From: Candidatus Firestoneibacteriota bacterium
Lineage (GTDB): Bacteria > Oederibacteriota > D2-FULL-39-29 > CAIOVX01
Assembly (NCBI GenBank): GCA_903861835.1
Contig: CAIOVX010000091.1
Coordinates: forward strand, 47,610-111,609
Length of the DNA: 64,000 nucleotides
Reading direction: 5' to 3'
Below the pieces are notes generated by a model. That model did not search any database, was not told where the DNA came from, and saw nothing but the letters and a program-made list of their open reading frames with translations. Shown one piece after another: positions 29,020 to 38,492 of the stretch (within the stretch, counting starts at the first letter, position 1; every line of letters starts with the position of its first letter). The position numbers and the translations under genes were made by a program.

Positions 29020-29106
29020 GATTACGCGGATTACTTAAACCGATTACTCAGATTAAACAATGTTTACCTTAATCCGTGTAATCTCTTTTCTAATCAGCGT
29101 AATCAC
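29020..29106 (-). promoter_or_regulatory. Extended GATTA/TAATC inverted array upstream of alaS (sense: GATTACGCTGATTAGAAAAGAGATTACACGGATTAAGG...TAATCtgagTAATCggtttaagTAATCcgcgTAATC)
   Basis: 4 GATTA units followed by 4 TAATC units, 50-140 nt upstream of the alaS start. Confidence 0.5.
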
Positions 29107-29138
29107 TTTTGATATTTTAGCAGTTTACCCGAAAACTC

Positions 29139-29624
29139 TCAACCTTCATCGTATACCGTTCCGCTCAATACCTTCTTGACCACTTTAATTATTACGTCAA
29201 TATTATAACCTTTTCTCGCGAGATAACCCTGCAGCCGCCGGGCAGCCGCCGGTTTTTCAAGTCTTTGCAGGCTCCTCATTCTCTTTGAAGCAAGTTCCAG
29301 AGCCATCTCGTACTCGTCAACGCCTTCGTAGGCCTTCTCAACCGCGCTCTCTATTATATCCCGGTCTACACCCTTGCGCGCCAGCTTCATCCGGACCAGC
29401 CTTTTACCGACGCGGTTAAAGGTCTTGCTGTCTGCGGCAAAAGCCCGGGCATAGCGCCTGTCGTTGAGCCAGCCCTCCTCTTCAAACTCTTTAACTACCG
29501 CGCCTATTACTTCCTCTTCGTAAAGCTTGCGCTTCAAGCGGTCAATTATTTCTTTTTTGGTGTAAGATTTTTTGGAGAGCAGCATATAGATATAATTGCG
29601 GGCTTTGGGTTTAGGGTCTCGCAT
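29139..29624 (-). CDS. recX: Recombination regulator RecX
   Basis: 161 aa three-repeat helical protein, with ARNYIYMLLSKKSYTKKEI and a WLNDRRYARAF-type motif. Confidence 0.75.
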   Translation of the reverse strand: MRDPKPKARNYIYMLLSKKSYTKKEIIDRLKRKLYEEEVIGAVVKEFEEEGWLNDRRYARAFAADSKTFNRVGKRLVRMKLARKGVDRDIIESAVEKAYEGVDEYEMALELASKRMRSLQRLEKPAAARRLQGYLARKGYNIDVIIKVVKKVLSGTVYDEG

Positions 29625-30489
29625 TGTAATTTAGGTCCTTCGAGATGAACTCGGCGAGCGCTTCTTCCCACGGCTTCATCGTATCGCCTATGGTGGCCTC
29701 CAGCTTTTTATTCAGCAGGGCAGAAAAGAGCGGCCGGGGCGCGGCTGAAATAAGAGTTGCTGACTTTATCGGCGCAATTGAAGCCTGAAGCCCGGCCAGG
29801 GCGCAGATCTTCTTAGCCCAGTCAAAGCGCGAGCACCAGCCCTTATTGACCGTATGGTAAATACCCGGTTCCCCCCGGTCAATGAGCCGTTCAATTATTC
29901 TCGCCAGCTCAAGAGAATACGTAGGCGAACCTATCATATCGTCCGGCACCGTAATTGGAAGTTTTTTTTCGGCGCGCTCCAGGATTTTTTTGACAAAGTT
30001 TATCTTTTGCCTGCCGTAAAGGAGAGCCGTCCTGGCGACCACCGAATTCTTCGCGAGAGCTCTTACCTTCTTTTCACCTTCAAGTTTTGACTTGCCGTAA
30101 ATGCCGAGAGGATTGACCGTGTCACTTTCAGAATGCGGCTTTCCGTCTAACCCGTCAAAGACATAATCTGTGCTCACATGAACCAGTTTGCAGTTTGGGA
30201 GTTCATTCGCGCAGAAGGCTATATTTCCGGCTCCATCTGCATTGACGGCATAAGCCAGCTCAGGATTAGTTTCGCAAGCATCAACATCTGTATAGGCTGA
30301 GGCATTAACAACGGCTTCAGGCTTAAAATCCTTAAAGAGCTTTCGGAGGGAAATCAGGTCGGTTATATCCGCTGTCGCGCTGTTTTTTCCTTCAATTTTC
30401 AAATCTGAAAGCAGCAGCTCGCGCCCGGAGAATACCCTCGCAAGGTCAAAACCCAGCATCCCTGACGCGCCTAAGATCAAAACTCTCAT
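29611..30489 (-). CDS. rfbD: dTDP-4-dehydrorhamnose reductase
   Basis: MRVLILGASGMLG Rossmann N-terminus. RmlD length, in an rfb cluster. Confidence 0.85.
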   Translation of the reverse strand: MRVLILGASGMLGFDLARVFSGRELLLSDLKIEGKNSATADITDLISLRKLFKDFKPEAVVNASAYTDVDACETNPELAYAVNADGAGNIAFCANELPNCKLVHVSTDYVFDGLDGKPHSESDTVNPLGIYGKSKLEGEKKVRALAKNSVVARTALLYGRQKINFVKKILERAEKKLPITVPDDMIGSPTYSLELARIIERLIDRGEPGIYHTVNKGWCSRFDWAKKICALAGLQASIAPIKSATLISAAPRPLFSALLNKKLEATIGDTMKPWEEALAEFISKDLNYNARP

Positions 30490-30511
30490 ATAACTCCGCT
30501 TTACAAACAGG

Positions 30512-31465
30512 TTACTTCAATTTCTTCCACCACCATTTATTCTCCAGATACCACTGGACCGTCTTTTCCATCGCGGTCTCAAAATCATAGCGGGGAGTAA
30601 AACCAAGACCCTGCGACTTCTTTGAGGAAATTGAATACCTGAAGTCATGGCCGAGCCGGTCCTTAACGTGGGTTATCAACGCTTCCGGCCTGTCTATGAG
30701 TTTCAGTATGAGTTTAGTGATATAAATATTCTGCTTTTCGTTGCCGCCGCCGAGGTTATAGACCTCTCCCGGCTTGCCTTTGTGCAGCGCAAGGTCCACG
30801 CCCGCGCAATTATCTTCCACATAGATCCAGTCGCGGACATTCTTGCCCTCGCCGTAGACAGGGACCTTAAGCTTCTCAGACGCGTTCGTGATGAAGAGCG
30901 GGATGAGTTTCTCGGGATATTGAAAGGGCCCAAAGTTATTTGAACTTCTCGTAATTATTACCGGCATGCCGTAGGTTGTAAAATATGAGAGAGCGAGAAG
31001 ATCTCCCGCGGCCTTGCTGGAAGAATAGGGGCTGCTTGGAGAAAGTTTATCTGTTTCCTTGAAAGAACCGGTCTTTCTGCTCCCGTAAACCTCGTCAGTG
31101 CTTATCTGGAGGAATCTCTTTACTCCCGCCCTCCTCGCCGCTTCTAACAATGTGTAGACGCCGAAATAGTTAGTGCGTATGAAGGCTTCCGGATCGTCAA
31201 TCGACCGGTCAACATGCGATTCCGCCGCGAAATTCACCACCAGATCAACGCCCTTCATAATCCGGGAAGCGAGTTTAGCGTCACAAATATCGCCCTTCAC
31301 AAAAGAATAATTCTTGTTTCCGGCCAGTTCCTTCAGATTGTCGAGGTTGCCGGCATAGGTGATTTTGTCAAGGTTGATTACCCTGTATGAAGGATGCTTC
31401 TTGAGCACATACCTGACGTAGTTACTGCCTATGAAACCGGCGCCGCCGGTGACAAGGATTTTCAT
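30512..31465 (-). CDS. rfbB: dTDP-glucose 4,6-dehydratase
   Basis: MKILVTGGAGFIGSNYV and the YSSSKAA catalytic motif. Confidence 0.9.
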   Translation of the reverse strand: MKILVTGGAGFIGSNYVRYVLKKHPSYRVINLDKITYAGNLDNLKELAGNKNYSFVKGDICDAKLASRIMKGVDLVVNFAAESHVDRSIDDPEAFIRTNYFGVYTLLEAARRAGVKRFLQISTDEVYGSRKTGSFKETDKLSPSSPYSSSKAAGDLLALSYFTTYGMPVIITRSSNNFGPFQYPEKLIPLFITNASEKLKVPVYGEGKNVRDWIYVEDNCAGVDLALHKGKPGEVYNLGGGNEKQNIYITKLILKLIDRPEALITHVKDRLGHDFRYSISSKKSQGLGFTPRYDFETAMEKTVQWYLENKWWWKKLK

Positions 31466-31917
31466 CCGTCCTTCCTCGCCCAGTTGTATTTAATTTTTTT
31501 TGTGTGCGCGGGCAGACGGTATTCGTCCGGTTTCTTGTAATTGAAAAGTTCCGTAGGGCAATTGATTATCATGCTCTCGGTCTCGCTGACGCATTTGAAA
31601 CCGTGAAAGACATTATTTGGTATTTGCAAAAGGATGGGGTTGTGCTCTCCCATATAAAACTCATTTATCTCCCCCTTCGTGGAAGAGCCTTTTCTGGAGT
31701 CAAAGAGCACGACCTTTGCCATTCCTTTTATGCAGCAAAAGTTATCGGTCTGTATTTTGTGGTAGTGCCAGGCCTTAACCACCCCGGGATAGGTAGTTGT
31801 GATGTACATCTGCCCGAATTTCTTAAACTCCGGATCATCCGAGCGCATTATCTCCATAAGCCTTCCCCTTTCATCCGGGAAAACTTTCAGTCTTTTTACC
31901 TTCACCCCGTTTATCAT
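31462..31917 (-). CDS. rfbC: dTDP-4-dehydrorhamnose 3,5-epimerase
   Basis: Cupin-fold RmlC motifs (FPDERG, KAWHYHK). Confidence 0.9.
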   Translation of the reverse strand: MINGVKVKRLKVFPDERGRLMEIMRSDDPEFKKFGQMYITTTYPGVVKAWHYHKIQTDNFCCIKGMAKVVLFDSRKGSSTKGEINEFYMGEHNPILLQIPNNVFHGFKCVSETESMIINCPTELFNYKKPDEYRLPAHTKKIKYNWARKDG

Positions 31918-31936
31918 ATTGCCAACCTCCGCACCT

Positions 31937-31983
31937 TACGTTTTACGTTATAAACGTTATGAACGTTAAGAACGTTAAGAACG
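31937..31983 (-). promoter_or_regulatory. Intercistronic TAACGTT repeat array (about 5 units with 9-nt period) between the rfbA-like stop and the rfbC start
   Basis: Sense strand reads cgttcTTAACGTTcTTAACGTTcaTAACGTTtaTAACGTaaAACGTaagg, followed by a GGAGG RBS. Confidence 0.45.
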
Positions 31984-31990
31984 ACCAATT

Positions 31991-32722
31991 TTATTTTTTA
32001 TTCGCGCCGTAGAGTGAAACCATCTTATTCGTCTCAAACCAGCCCTCTATCGACGAACCTGCATCCGCCCACCACCCGTCAAGTATATCATAACCCAGCT
32101 TGCCTTTCTTGAGGTACATATTATTAAGGTCTGTAATTTCCAACTCGCCCCTCTGAGAGGGTTTGAGCTTCCTTATCAACTTAAAGGCCTCGGCGTCGTA
32201 CATATAGATGCCCACTACAGCAAAATTTGACGGCGGGTTCTTCGGTTTTTCTATTATGCGTTTAATTTTATCGCCTGAGAACTCCGGCACGCCGTAATGC
32301 CTCGGTTCGCTTACTTCCTTAAGCAAAATCATTCCGCCGCTCTTCATTTTCGCGAACTTCTCAACGGATTTTTTAATGCTCCCGCCGATGATATTGTCTC
32401 CCAGAATAACAACCACCTTATCATTCTTCGCGAAATGCTCGCAGAGCGAAAGCGCTTCGGCTATGCCTCCCTCGCCTTTCTGGTACGCGTAGTTCATGTG
32501 CTTGAGCCCAAAATCCTTGCCGTTTCCGAGAAGCCGCAGGAAATCACCGGCGTTGTTCCCGCCGGTTACTACCATTATATCGTCTATCCCGGCGTTGACC
32601 AGCGTCTGCATCGGGTAAAATATCATCGGCTTGTCATAGACAGGCAGCAGATGCTTATTTGTGATATTTGTGAGCGGGGAAAGCCTTGTGCCGAGCCCTC
32701 CTGCGAGTATTATTCCTTTCAT
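31991..32722 (-). CDS. rfbA: Glucose-1-phosphate thymidylyltransferase-like sugar nucleotidyltransferase (short form)
   Basis: MKGIILAGGLGTRLSPLT. The start is refined to the ATG at 32722. It is the first gene of the rfbACBD operon. Confidence 0.7.
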   Translation of the reverse strand: MKGIILAGGLGTRLSPLTNITNKHLLPVYDKPMIFYPMQTLVNAGIDDIMVVTGGNNAGDFLRLLGNGKDFGLKHMNYAYQKGEGGIAEALSLCEHFAKNDKVVVILGDNIIGGSIKKSVEKFAKMKSGGMILLKEVSEPRHYGVPEFSGDKIKRIIEKPKNPPSNFAVVGIYMYDAEAFKLIRKLKPSQRGELEITDLNNMYLKKGKLGYDILDGWWADAGSSIEGWFETNKMVSLYGANKK

Positions 32723-32744
32723 AACTGCCTCCGGGTTGCTGATT

Positions 32745-34424
32745 TTACTTTGAAATAACCGTCTTGCTCCTGTATTTCTGCTCGCCTTCAGGCACAAACC
32801 ACTTCTCTGAATTATAGCCGATGCCTATGGGCGCGGGTTTTATCCCGTGAATTCTCCTGTCAACTGCCGTCAGCGCGTCCGGAACAAAAAGGAAAGCGTA
32901 AGGCTGGTCTTCCGCTACGAGCCGGTGGATGCGGTTGTAGATTTCTTTTCTTTTATTTAGGTCAAAAGTCTCCTGCCCTTCAAGCAGCAGACGGTCAACT
33001 TCCGGGTTAGAGTAAGAGACAAAGTTATACTCCCCTTCTTTAATCTTTGAGGAATGAAATATGTCGTAGCAGTCGGGATCCAGCGTCAGGCTCCAGCCCA
33101 GCACTACCGCGTCAAACTTCTTTTTATCAACATACTCGTTTATAAACACCGGCCACGCAAGGACGCGGAGCTCAACTTTTATGCCGAGTTTTTTTAATTG
33201 CGACTGAATGATGGTCGCGACGCTCTCCCTGGCCTTGTTTCCCTGATTTGTCATCAGCATGAAGCTGAACTTTTGTCCGTTTTTTTCCAGAAGTCCGTCT
33301 TTCCCTGGCAGCCAGCCCGCCTCTTTCAAAAGTTTCCTTGAAAGTTCAAGGTCGTAGGAATACCCCTTAACAGACTTGTCGCACGCCCAGGAGTCAGGCG
33401 GAAAAGGTCCCGTCGCCTCGCTGCCGTACCCGAAAAGAATAAAATCAATTATTTCTTTTCTGTTTATGGCGTGTGAAACCGCTTGCCTTACTTTTTTATC
33501 GGAGAAAAATGGAGACTTGTTGTTAAACCCTAAATAAGTGTAAGCAAAAGCCCTGTATTTGTACTTGTTGAACTTTGCTTCAAAATCAGGAGCCGCGGCC
33601 TGTTTCTTAAACATATCCGGGGTCAAGGCCATTGAATCTATCCCGCCGGATTTCAGCTCCATAAACTGCACAGACTGATCAGGTATTATCCTGTAGACAT
33701 AATTATCTATGAAAGCCCTGCCGTCAAAATACGCAGGAAAAGACGAAAGCGTGAGTTCCCTCTGCCGTTTCCAGTCCTTAAAAATATACGGCCCGGTGCC
33801 GACCGGAGAATAATTAGCTTTCGCGGTATTCACATCAAGGCCCTGATAAATATGTTTCGGCAGTATACCCATCCCCCATCTTTCAAGAGCCGGGGCAAAG
33901 GGTTTGCCGTAAACAACCCTGACCGTGTAGGCGTCTAAAACCTCGAACTTTTTCACCAGTTCAAAAGCGCTTTTGTAAGGGCTCTTTGTCAGCGGGTCAA
34001 TAAGTTTCTTGAAAGTGAACTCTACATCCGCGGCGGTAAAAGGCGCGCCGTCCTGCCACTGCACATTCTTCCTGAGCTTGAAGGTTATCACCAGACCGTC
34101 TTTTGAAACTGTCCAGGATTCCGCGAGGTCTCCCGTGAGCTTCAAGTCCTTATCGTACTTAACCAGTCCGTTGTAGACTCTCTGAATAATGTCATTGCTG
34201 GCTGAATCCCCGGAAAGTATGGGATTCAATATTGAAGCGTCTCCGATGGAGGCGTCAACAAAGGTGTCGCCATAAGCCGGCTTTTCTGCTCCAAAAAAAG
34301 AAGGCGCACCGCTTCCTTCACGGTACGCCTTCATGTCTTTATTAAGCTTTAAAATCAGAGCTGCAAATCCCGCGACAAGTATCACCGCGGCAGCCGTCAG
34401 GACTATGGCTGTGTTTCTTTTCAT
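32745..34424 (-). CDS. ABC transporter substrate-binding protein, family 5 (OppA/DppA-like)
   Basis: N-terminal TM/signal region. SBP_bac_5 blocks LVKYDKDLKL...LAESW and WQDGAPFTAADV. 559 aa. Confidence 0.8.
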   Translation of the reverse strand: MKRNTAIVLTAAAVILVAGFAALILKLNKDMKAYREGSGAPSFFGAEKPAYGDTFVDASIGDASILNPILSGDSASNDIIQRVYNGLVKYDKDLKLTGDLAESWTVSKDGLVITFKLRKNVQWQDGAPFTAADVEFTFKKLIDPLTKSPYKSAFELVKKFEVLDAYTVRVVYGKPFAPALERWGMGILPKHIYQGLDVNTAKANYSPVGTGPYIFKDWKRQRELTLSSFPAYFDGRAFIDNYVYRIIPDQSVQFMELKSGGIDSMALTPDMFKKQAAAPDFEAKFNKYKYRAFAYTYLGFNNKSPFFSDKKVRQAVSHAINRKEIIDFILFGYGSEATGPFPPDSWACDKSVKGYSYDLELSRKLLKEAGWLPGKDGLLEKNGQKFSFMLMTNQGNKARESVATIIQSQLKKLGIKVELRVLAWPVFINEYVDKKKFDAVVLGWSLTLDPDCYDIFHSSKIKEGEYNFVSYSNPEVDRLLLEGQETFDLNKRKEIYNRIHRLVAEDQPYAFLFVPDALTAVDRRIHGIKPAPIGIGYNSEKWFVPEGEQKYRSKTVISK

Positions 34425-34430
34425 CCTGCC

Positions 34431-34856
34431 TTACTTGCCCTTCGGCGTTGACTGCGCCGGCGCTGCCGGTACAGCTGAAGGAGCAGAAGTTCCTTTCGCA
34501 GGAGCCGCAGCGGTGCCGGCCTGCTCACTCTGGGCATTCTGCTGGTTCGAAGCGCCGGGCATAGAAGCCCTTGCCTTGTCCTCAGCCGCCATTTCCCTTT
34601 GCATCGCGCCTCCGGCAGAACCCAGTTTGGTAGGCAGAGTTGCAAGAAGTATCGAGGTAAGCATAAAAGCTATCGCCAACCCGGTGGTAATCTTCCCGAG
34701 CGCCGACTGCCCGCCTGTCGCCCCGAAGAGCGCCTGGCCTGAACCTCCGCCAAAAATCGAGGAGAGGTCGCCTGCTTTGCCTGACTGCAAGAGCACTATC
34801 AAAATCAGCAGCACGCAAATCACTACATGTAGTATTGTCAATATCCCGATTATCAT
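34431..34856 (-). CDS. secG: Preprotein translocase subunit SecG (with an extended Ala/Pro-rich C-terminus)
   Basis: Two TM helices with the LLQSGKAGDLSSIFGGG SecG signature. It lies downstream of tpiA, which is conserved synteny. Confidence 0.75.
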   Translation of the reverse strand: MIIGILTILHVVICVLLILIVLLQSGKAGDLSSIFGGGSGQALFGATGGQSALGKITTGLAIAFMLTSILLATLPTKLGSAGGAMQREMAAEDKARASMPGASNQQNAQSEQAGTAAAPAKGTSAPSAVPAAPAQSTPKGK

Positions 34857-34890
34857 CTGTCCTCCGGCCGCCTGAGGCGGCTTTAAACTG

Positions 34891-35649
34891 TTACTTCTTT
34901 TCGAACTTTACTAGTTTAACGAAAGAATCGGCTTCCAGCGCAGCTCCGCCGACCAGCGCGCCGTCAATATCCGGCTCGTTCATAAGGATTGAAACATTGT
35001 CCGGCTTAACGCTGCCGCCGTACTGTATACGTACCGCGTCCGCTGTCTTCTGGCTATAGAGTTTCGAGATGAGATCCCTGATGAATTTATGGACTTCCTG
35101 CGCCTGCTCTTTACTCGCGGTCTTGCCCGTGCCGATTGCCCAGACAGGTTCGTACGCAATCACCATCTTAAGCATTTCGTCTTCGGTAAAGCCCTTGAGG
35201 CCGCCGGTAAGCTGTCTTTTTATGACTTCGTTGGTGACGTTCTTTTCTCTCTCTTCCAGTGTTTCTCCGCAACAGAGTATCGGAAGCATCTCTTCGGAGA
35301 GGACTGCCCTTATCTTCCTGTTTATCAGCTCATCAGATTCCTTAAAGATCTGCCTTCTCTCGGAATGGCCGAGGATGACATAAGTGCAGCCCGCTTCCTT
35401 CAGCATTGACGGAGAAACTTCACCCGTAAACGCGCCCTTCTTTTCAAAGTAGCAGTTCTGCGCGCCGACCTTAATGTTTGAACCCTTGAGAAACTGATAA
35501 ACAGAGTAGAGGGCGGTAAACGGAGGGCAAACAACAACCTCCACATCACTCACATCCGCAAGTTTAAAACGGAGGTCCTTTACCAACTCCAGCGACTCCG
35601 TGACGTTCTTGTTCATCTTCCAATTTCCTGCGATTATCGGCTTTCTCAT
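34891..35649 (-). CDS. tpiA: Triosephosphate isomerase
   Basis: IAGNWKMNK, ILGHSERR, and the AYEPVWAIGTGK active-site loop. Confidence 0.9.
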   Translation of the reverse strand: MRKPIIAGNWKMNKNVTESLELVKDLRFKLADVSDVEVVVCPPFTALYSVYQFLKGSNIKVGAQNCYFEKKGAFTGEVSPSMLKEAGCTYVILGHSERRQIFKESDELINRKIRAVLSEEMLPILCCGETLEEREKNVTNEVIKRQLTGGLKGFTEDEMLKMVIAYEPVWAIGTGKTASKEQAQEVHKFIRDLISKLYSQKTADAVRIQYGGSVKPDNVSILMNEPDIDGALVGGAALEADSFVKLVKFEKK

Positions 35650-36542
35650 TTAGTGTTTCTCCTTTCTACCATTTTTTTTATTTGAGCTATATGAACGGGG
35701 GTAGTCCCGCAGCATCCGCCTATAATATTCGCGCCTGCATCTATAAGTTCCTCAACCCGGGAAGCCATTATCTCAGGCGATCCGTCGTAAGTGACCACTC
35801 CGTCTTTCATGACCGGAAGCCCGGCGTTCGGTTCGGCAATAATTAACCTGTTCGTGTGTTTCTTTATCGCCCTAACAATTTCTATCATTGAATCAATACC
35901 GTAGCCGCAGTTTGCGCCGATAATATCGGCACCCGCGGCTTCCAGTTGTTTAGCCATAGTTTCTGTATCAACGCCCATAACGGTCCGAACATCGCCGTTA
36001 TTGATCTTAAAGGTCATAAGAGCCATAACCGGCAGCTTAGTTACACTCTTCGCCGCTTTCACGGCGAGCGCAGTCTCTTCTATCGCTATCATCGTCTCGA
36101 CGATAATAAAATCTGCGCCGGCTCCCGCGAGAATCTTTGCTTGCTCCGAAAAAGCCGCGAACGCCTTTTCAGCGGTCATAGTGCCGTACGGCTCTAGCAT
36201 CTCGCCGGTGGGGCCGATATCTCCGCCCACATAGACCGGACTGTTTCCCGCAGCCGTCTTCGCGTTTTTTACCCCGGCTTCGTTTATCTCCCTAAGCTTG
36301 CCGTCGAGGTTAAACTTCTCAAGTTTCAAGCGGTTCGCGCCGAACGTATTGCTGAGCACCATATCAGCGCCCGCTTCAATATATTTCTTATGTATGCCGG
36401 TGACGCTCTCCGGTTTTGTCAGATTCCAAAGCTCCGGGCATTCCCCTGCCGCTAAGCCTTCCGCCTGCAGCATGGTTCCCATAGCGCCGTCGCACAACAG
36501 TACCCTGCTCTTTATGGAATCCAGCAGGTCTTTGTTCTTCAT
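35646..36542 (-). CDS. Homocysteine S-methyltransferase-domain protein (MetH N-terminal Hcy-binding-domain type)
   Basis: LLCDGAMGTMLQ, and a C-terminal GGCCGTTP Zn-binding motif. 298 aa, standalone. Confidence 0.65.
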   Translation of the reverse strand: MKNKDLLDSIKSRVLLCDGAMGTMLQAEGLAAGECPELWNLTKPESVTGIHKKYIEAGADMVLSNTFGANRLKLEKFNLDGKLREINEAGVKNAKTAAGNSPVYVGGDIGPTGEMLEPYGTMTAEKAFAAFSEQAKILAGAGADFIIVETMIAIEETALAVKAAKSVTKLPVMALMTFKINNGDVRTVMGVDTETMAKQLEAAGADIIGANCGYGIDSMIEIVRAIKKHTNRLIIAEPNAGLPVMKDGVVTYDGSPEIMASRVEELIDAGANIIGGCCGTTPVHIAQIKKMVERRNTK

Positions 36543-37927
36543 TTTTTCTTCCTGAGTTCCTTAAGCAGTTCCGGAAGACACTGTTCAACCTGCTGCCACA
36601 TCTCCTGCTCGGAGATGCCGGTAGTCCGTCCGTTGACATACTGCTCGTCAACCCACGTCTTAATGAAAGTTACCGCGTGATGGTGCTTGTCAACTTTGCC
36701 GTCGCCAACAAGTTCCAGACGGCTGTTAAGCCAGTAGGCTATTCCCGCCACACCCGATTTATCTGTGATACCGACATCAACATGGCGCTTAAGTATTTTG
36801 TTCGTGTCAAAAATATTATAGATTTCTTCGTCTTTCATCATGCCGTCGGCGTGGATTCCTGCCTTAGTCACGTTGAAATTAGCCCCTACAAAAGGCTGGT
36901 TCTCGGGAATTTTGTATCCGATGTCCTTTTCAAAATATCTGGCGACATCCGTGATGACAGTCGTGTCCATACCGTTGTCAACTCCCCTTATACCGATATA
37001 CTCAAGCATCAACGCTTCCACCGGACTGTTGCCTGTGCGCTCGCCGATACCCATCAGAGACCCGTTCGCGGCGCAGCAGCCGTAGAACCAGGCCGTCGCG
37101 GCGTTTATCACGCCCTTGTAGAAATCATTGTGCCCGTGCCACTCAAGCCACTCGCTCGGAACACCGGCGTGCTTGTGCAGTCCGTAGCAGATGCCCTTCA
37201 CGCTTCTCGGCATTGAAGCGCCGGGATAAGTTACCCCGTAGCCGAGAGTGTCGCAAGCCCTTATCTTTACGGGAATCTTTGCCTCGCGGGCAAGTTTCAT
37301 CAGTTCCTGAGCAAAAGGAACAACAAAGCCGTAGAAATCGGCCCTTGTTATATCTTCAAAATGGCAGCGCGGAGAAATCCCGAATTCCAGCGCAGACTTC
37401 GCGATGGCAAGATAATCTTCCAGCGCCTGCTTGCGCGTTTTTTTCAATTTTAGGAAGATATGGTAATCCGAGACCGAGGTAAGAATACCCGTCTCTTTCA
37501 GCCCCATCTCTTTCACAAGTTTGAAGTCTTCCTTGACAGCGCGTATCCAGCCGGTAATTTCAGGATAGCGCAAACCGAGTTCACGGCACTTGTCAACAGC
37601 CTCGCGGTCCTTCTTCGTGTAAAGGAAGAACTCCGTCTGGCGTATCATTCCGTTCTTGCCTGAAAGCTGGCTTAACATCTTGTACAGGTCAACTATCTGC
37701 TTAACGCTGAAAGGCGGCAAGCTCTGCTGACCGTCCCGAAAGGTTGTATCTGTGATCCAGATATCTTCGGGCGGTTCCATTGGGACTATTCTGTGGTTAA
37801 AAGGAACCTTCGGCACGTCGCCATAGGAAAAGATATTTCTGTAGAGGTTTGGGGTCTCCACATCCTGCAGGTCGTACTTATAGTCGTCCTGCTCTAACGT
37901 CCGTTTTTCCTTATTATATCTAAGCAT
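36539..37927 (-). CDS. HMGL-like 2-isopropylmalate / homocitrate / Re-citrate synthase family protein (no LeuA regulatory domain)
   Basis: DRE-TIM barrel motifs ITDTTFRDGQQS, HGHNDF and GIGERTGNSPVEAL. The whole ORF is 462 aa with no C-terminal LeuA-dimer domain. Confidence 0.55.
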   Translation of the reverse strand: MLRYNKEKRTLEQDDYKYDLQDVETPNLYRNIFSYGDVPKVPFNHRIVPMEPPEDIWITDTTFRDGQQSLPPFSVKQIVDLYKMLSQLSGKNGMIRQTEFFLYTKKDREAVDKCRELGLRYPEITGWIRAVKEDFKLVKEMGLKETGILTSVSDYHIFLKLKKTRKQALEDYLAIAKSALEFGISPRCHFEDITRADFYGFVVPFAQELMKLAREAKIPVKIRACDTLGYGVTYPGASMPRSVKGICYGLHKHAGVPSEWLEWHGHNDFYKGVINAATAWFYGCCAANGSLMGIGERTGNSPVEALMLEYIGIRGVDNGMDTTVITDVARYFEKDIGYKIPENQPFVGANFNVTKAGIHADGMMKDEEIYNIFDTNKILKRHVDVGITDKSGVAGIAYWLNSRLELVGDGKVDKHHHAVTFIKTWVDEQYVNGRTTGISEQEMWQQVEQCLPELLKELRKKK

Positions 37928-38220
37928 ACGGCTCCTTGCGCTAGAATGGGTTTACCCTATAAAAGGGTTACCGATTTGCTATATTATCAAATTTAGGAGG
38001 GGTTTTAAAGCACTTTTTGAGTTGGAAAAGCGCATATACCAAATTCGCAACAATCTGCACCAAAGACAAGTTCTAAATGCTAAATTCTAAACAGAAGCAA
38101 CACGATTCCGCGGTTATTGCTATTTGCCTTATTGCTTTTTGTTTAAAATTTAGTGCTTAGAGCCGCTCCGCGGATTGCTAATTACTAATTAAAGACTCAA
38201 AGGTCTGAAGCGCATCGGTC

Positions 38221-38440
38221 ATCTGTCCTCCGTCTTCAGTCTTCTGTCTTCCGTCTTCTGTCTTCAGTCCTCCAGTCATTTAAGCCCTTAAGCATCTAAC
38301 CATCTAACCATCTAACCATCTAACCATCCAACCATCCAACCATCCAACCTTCCAAACATCCAACCTTCCAACCCTCTGACCTTCCGTCCTCAGTCCTCAG
38401 TCCTCTGTCTTCTGTCCTCCGCTATACTGCGCATCATTAC
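38221..38440. repeat. Composite tandem-repeat element, copy 1: a 7-mer array (tcYgtcY), then cccttaagcatc, then an 8-mer array (ccatcYaa / ccNtccaa), then a second 7-mer array
   Basis: Direct tandem 7-nt and 8-nt units are visible in the sequence. It is one of 3 copies in 6.4 kb and lies in the 5' region of the HMGL-like gene. Confidence 0.8.
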
Positions 38441-38492
38441 TGCCTTACTGAGCATCCGAGCCTCTGACCCGCTGAGCCTCACCTCTCCGCCG

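Noticed and set aside
36539-37927. Oxaloacetate decarboxylase alpha / pyruvate carboxylase B carboxyltransferase, suggested by the TTFRDGQQS motif
   Set aside because: The HGHND and GIGERTGNSPVEAL motifs match the LeuA/homocitrate synthase branch. No biotinyl domain or 5S carboxyltransferase C-terminus is present.
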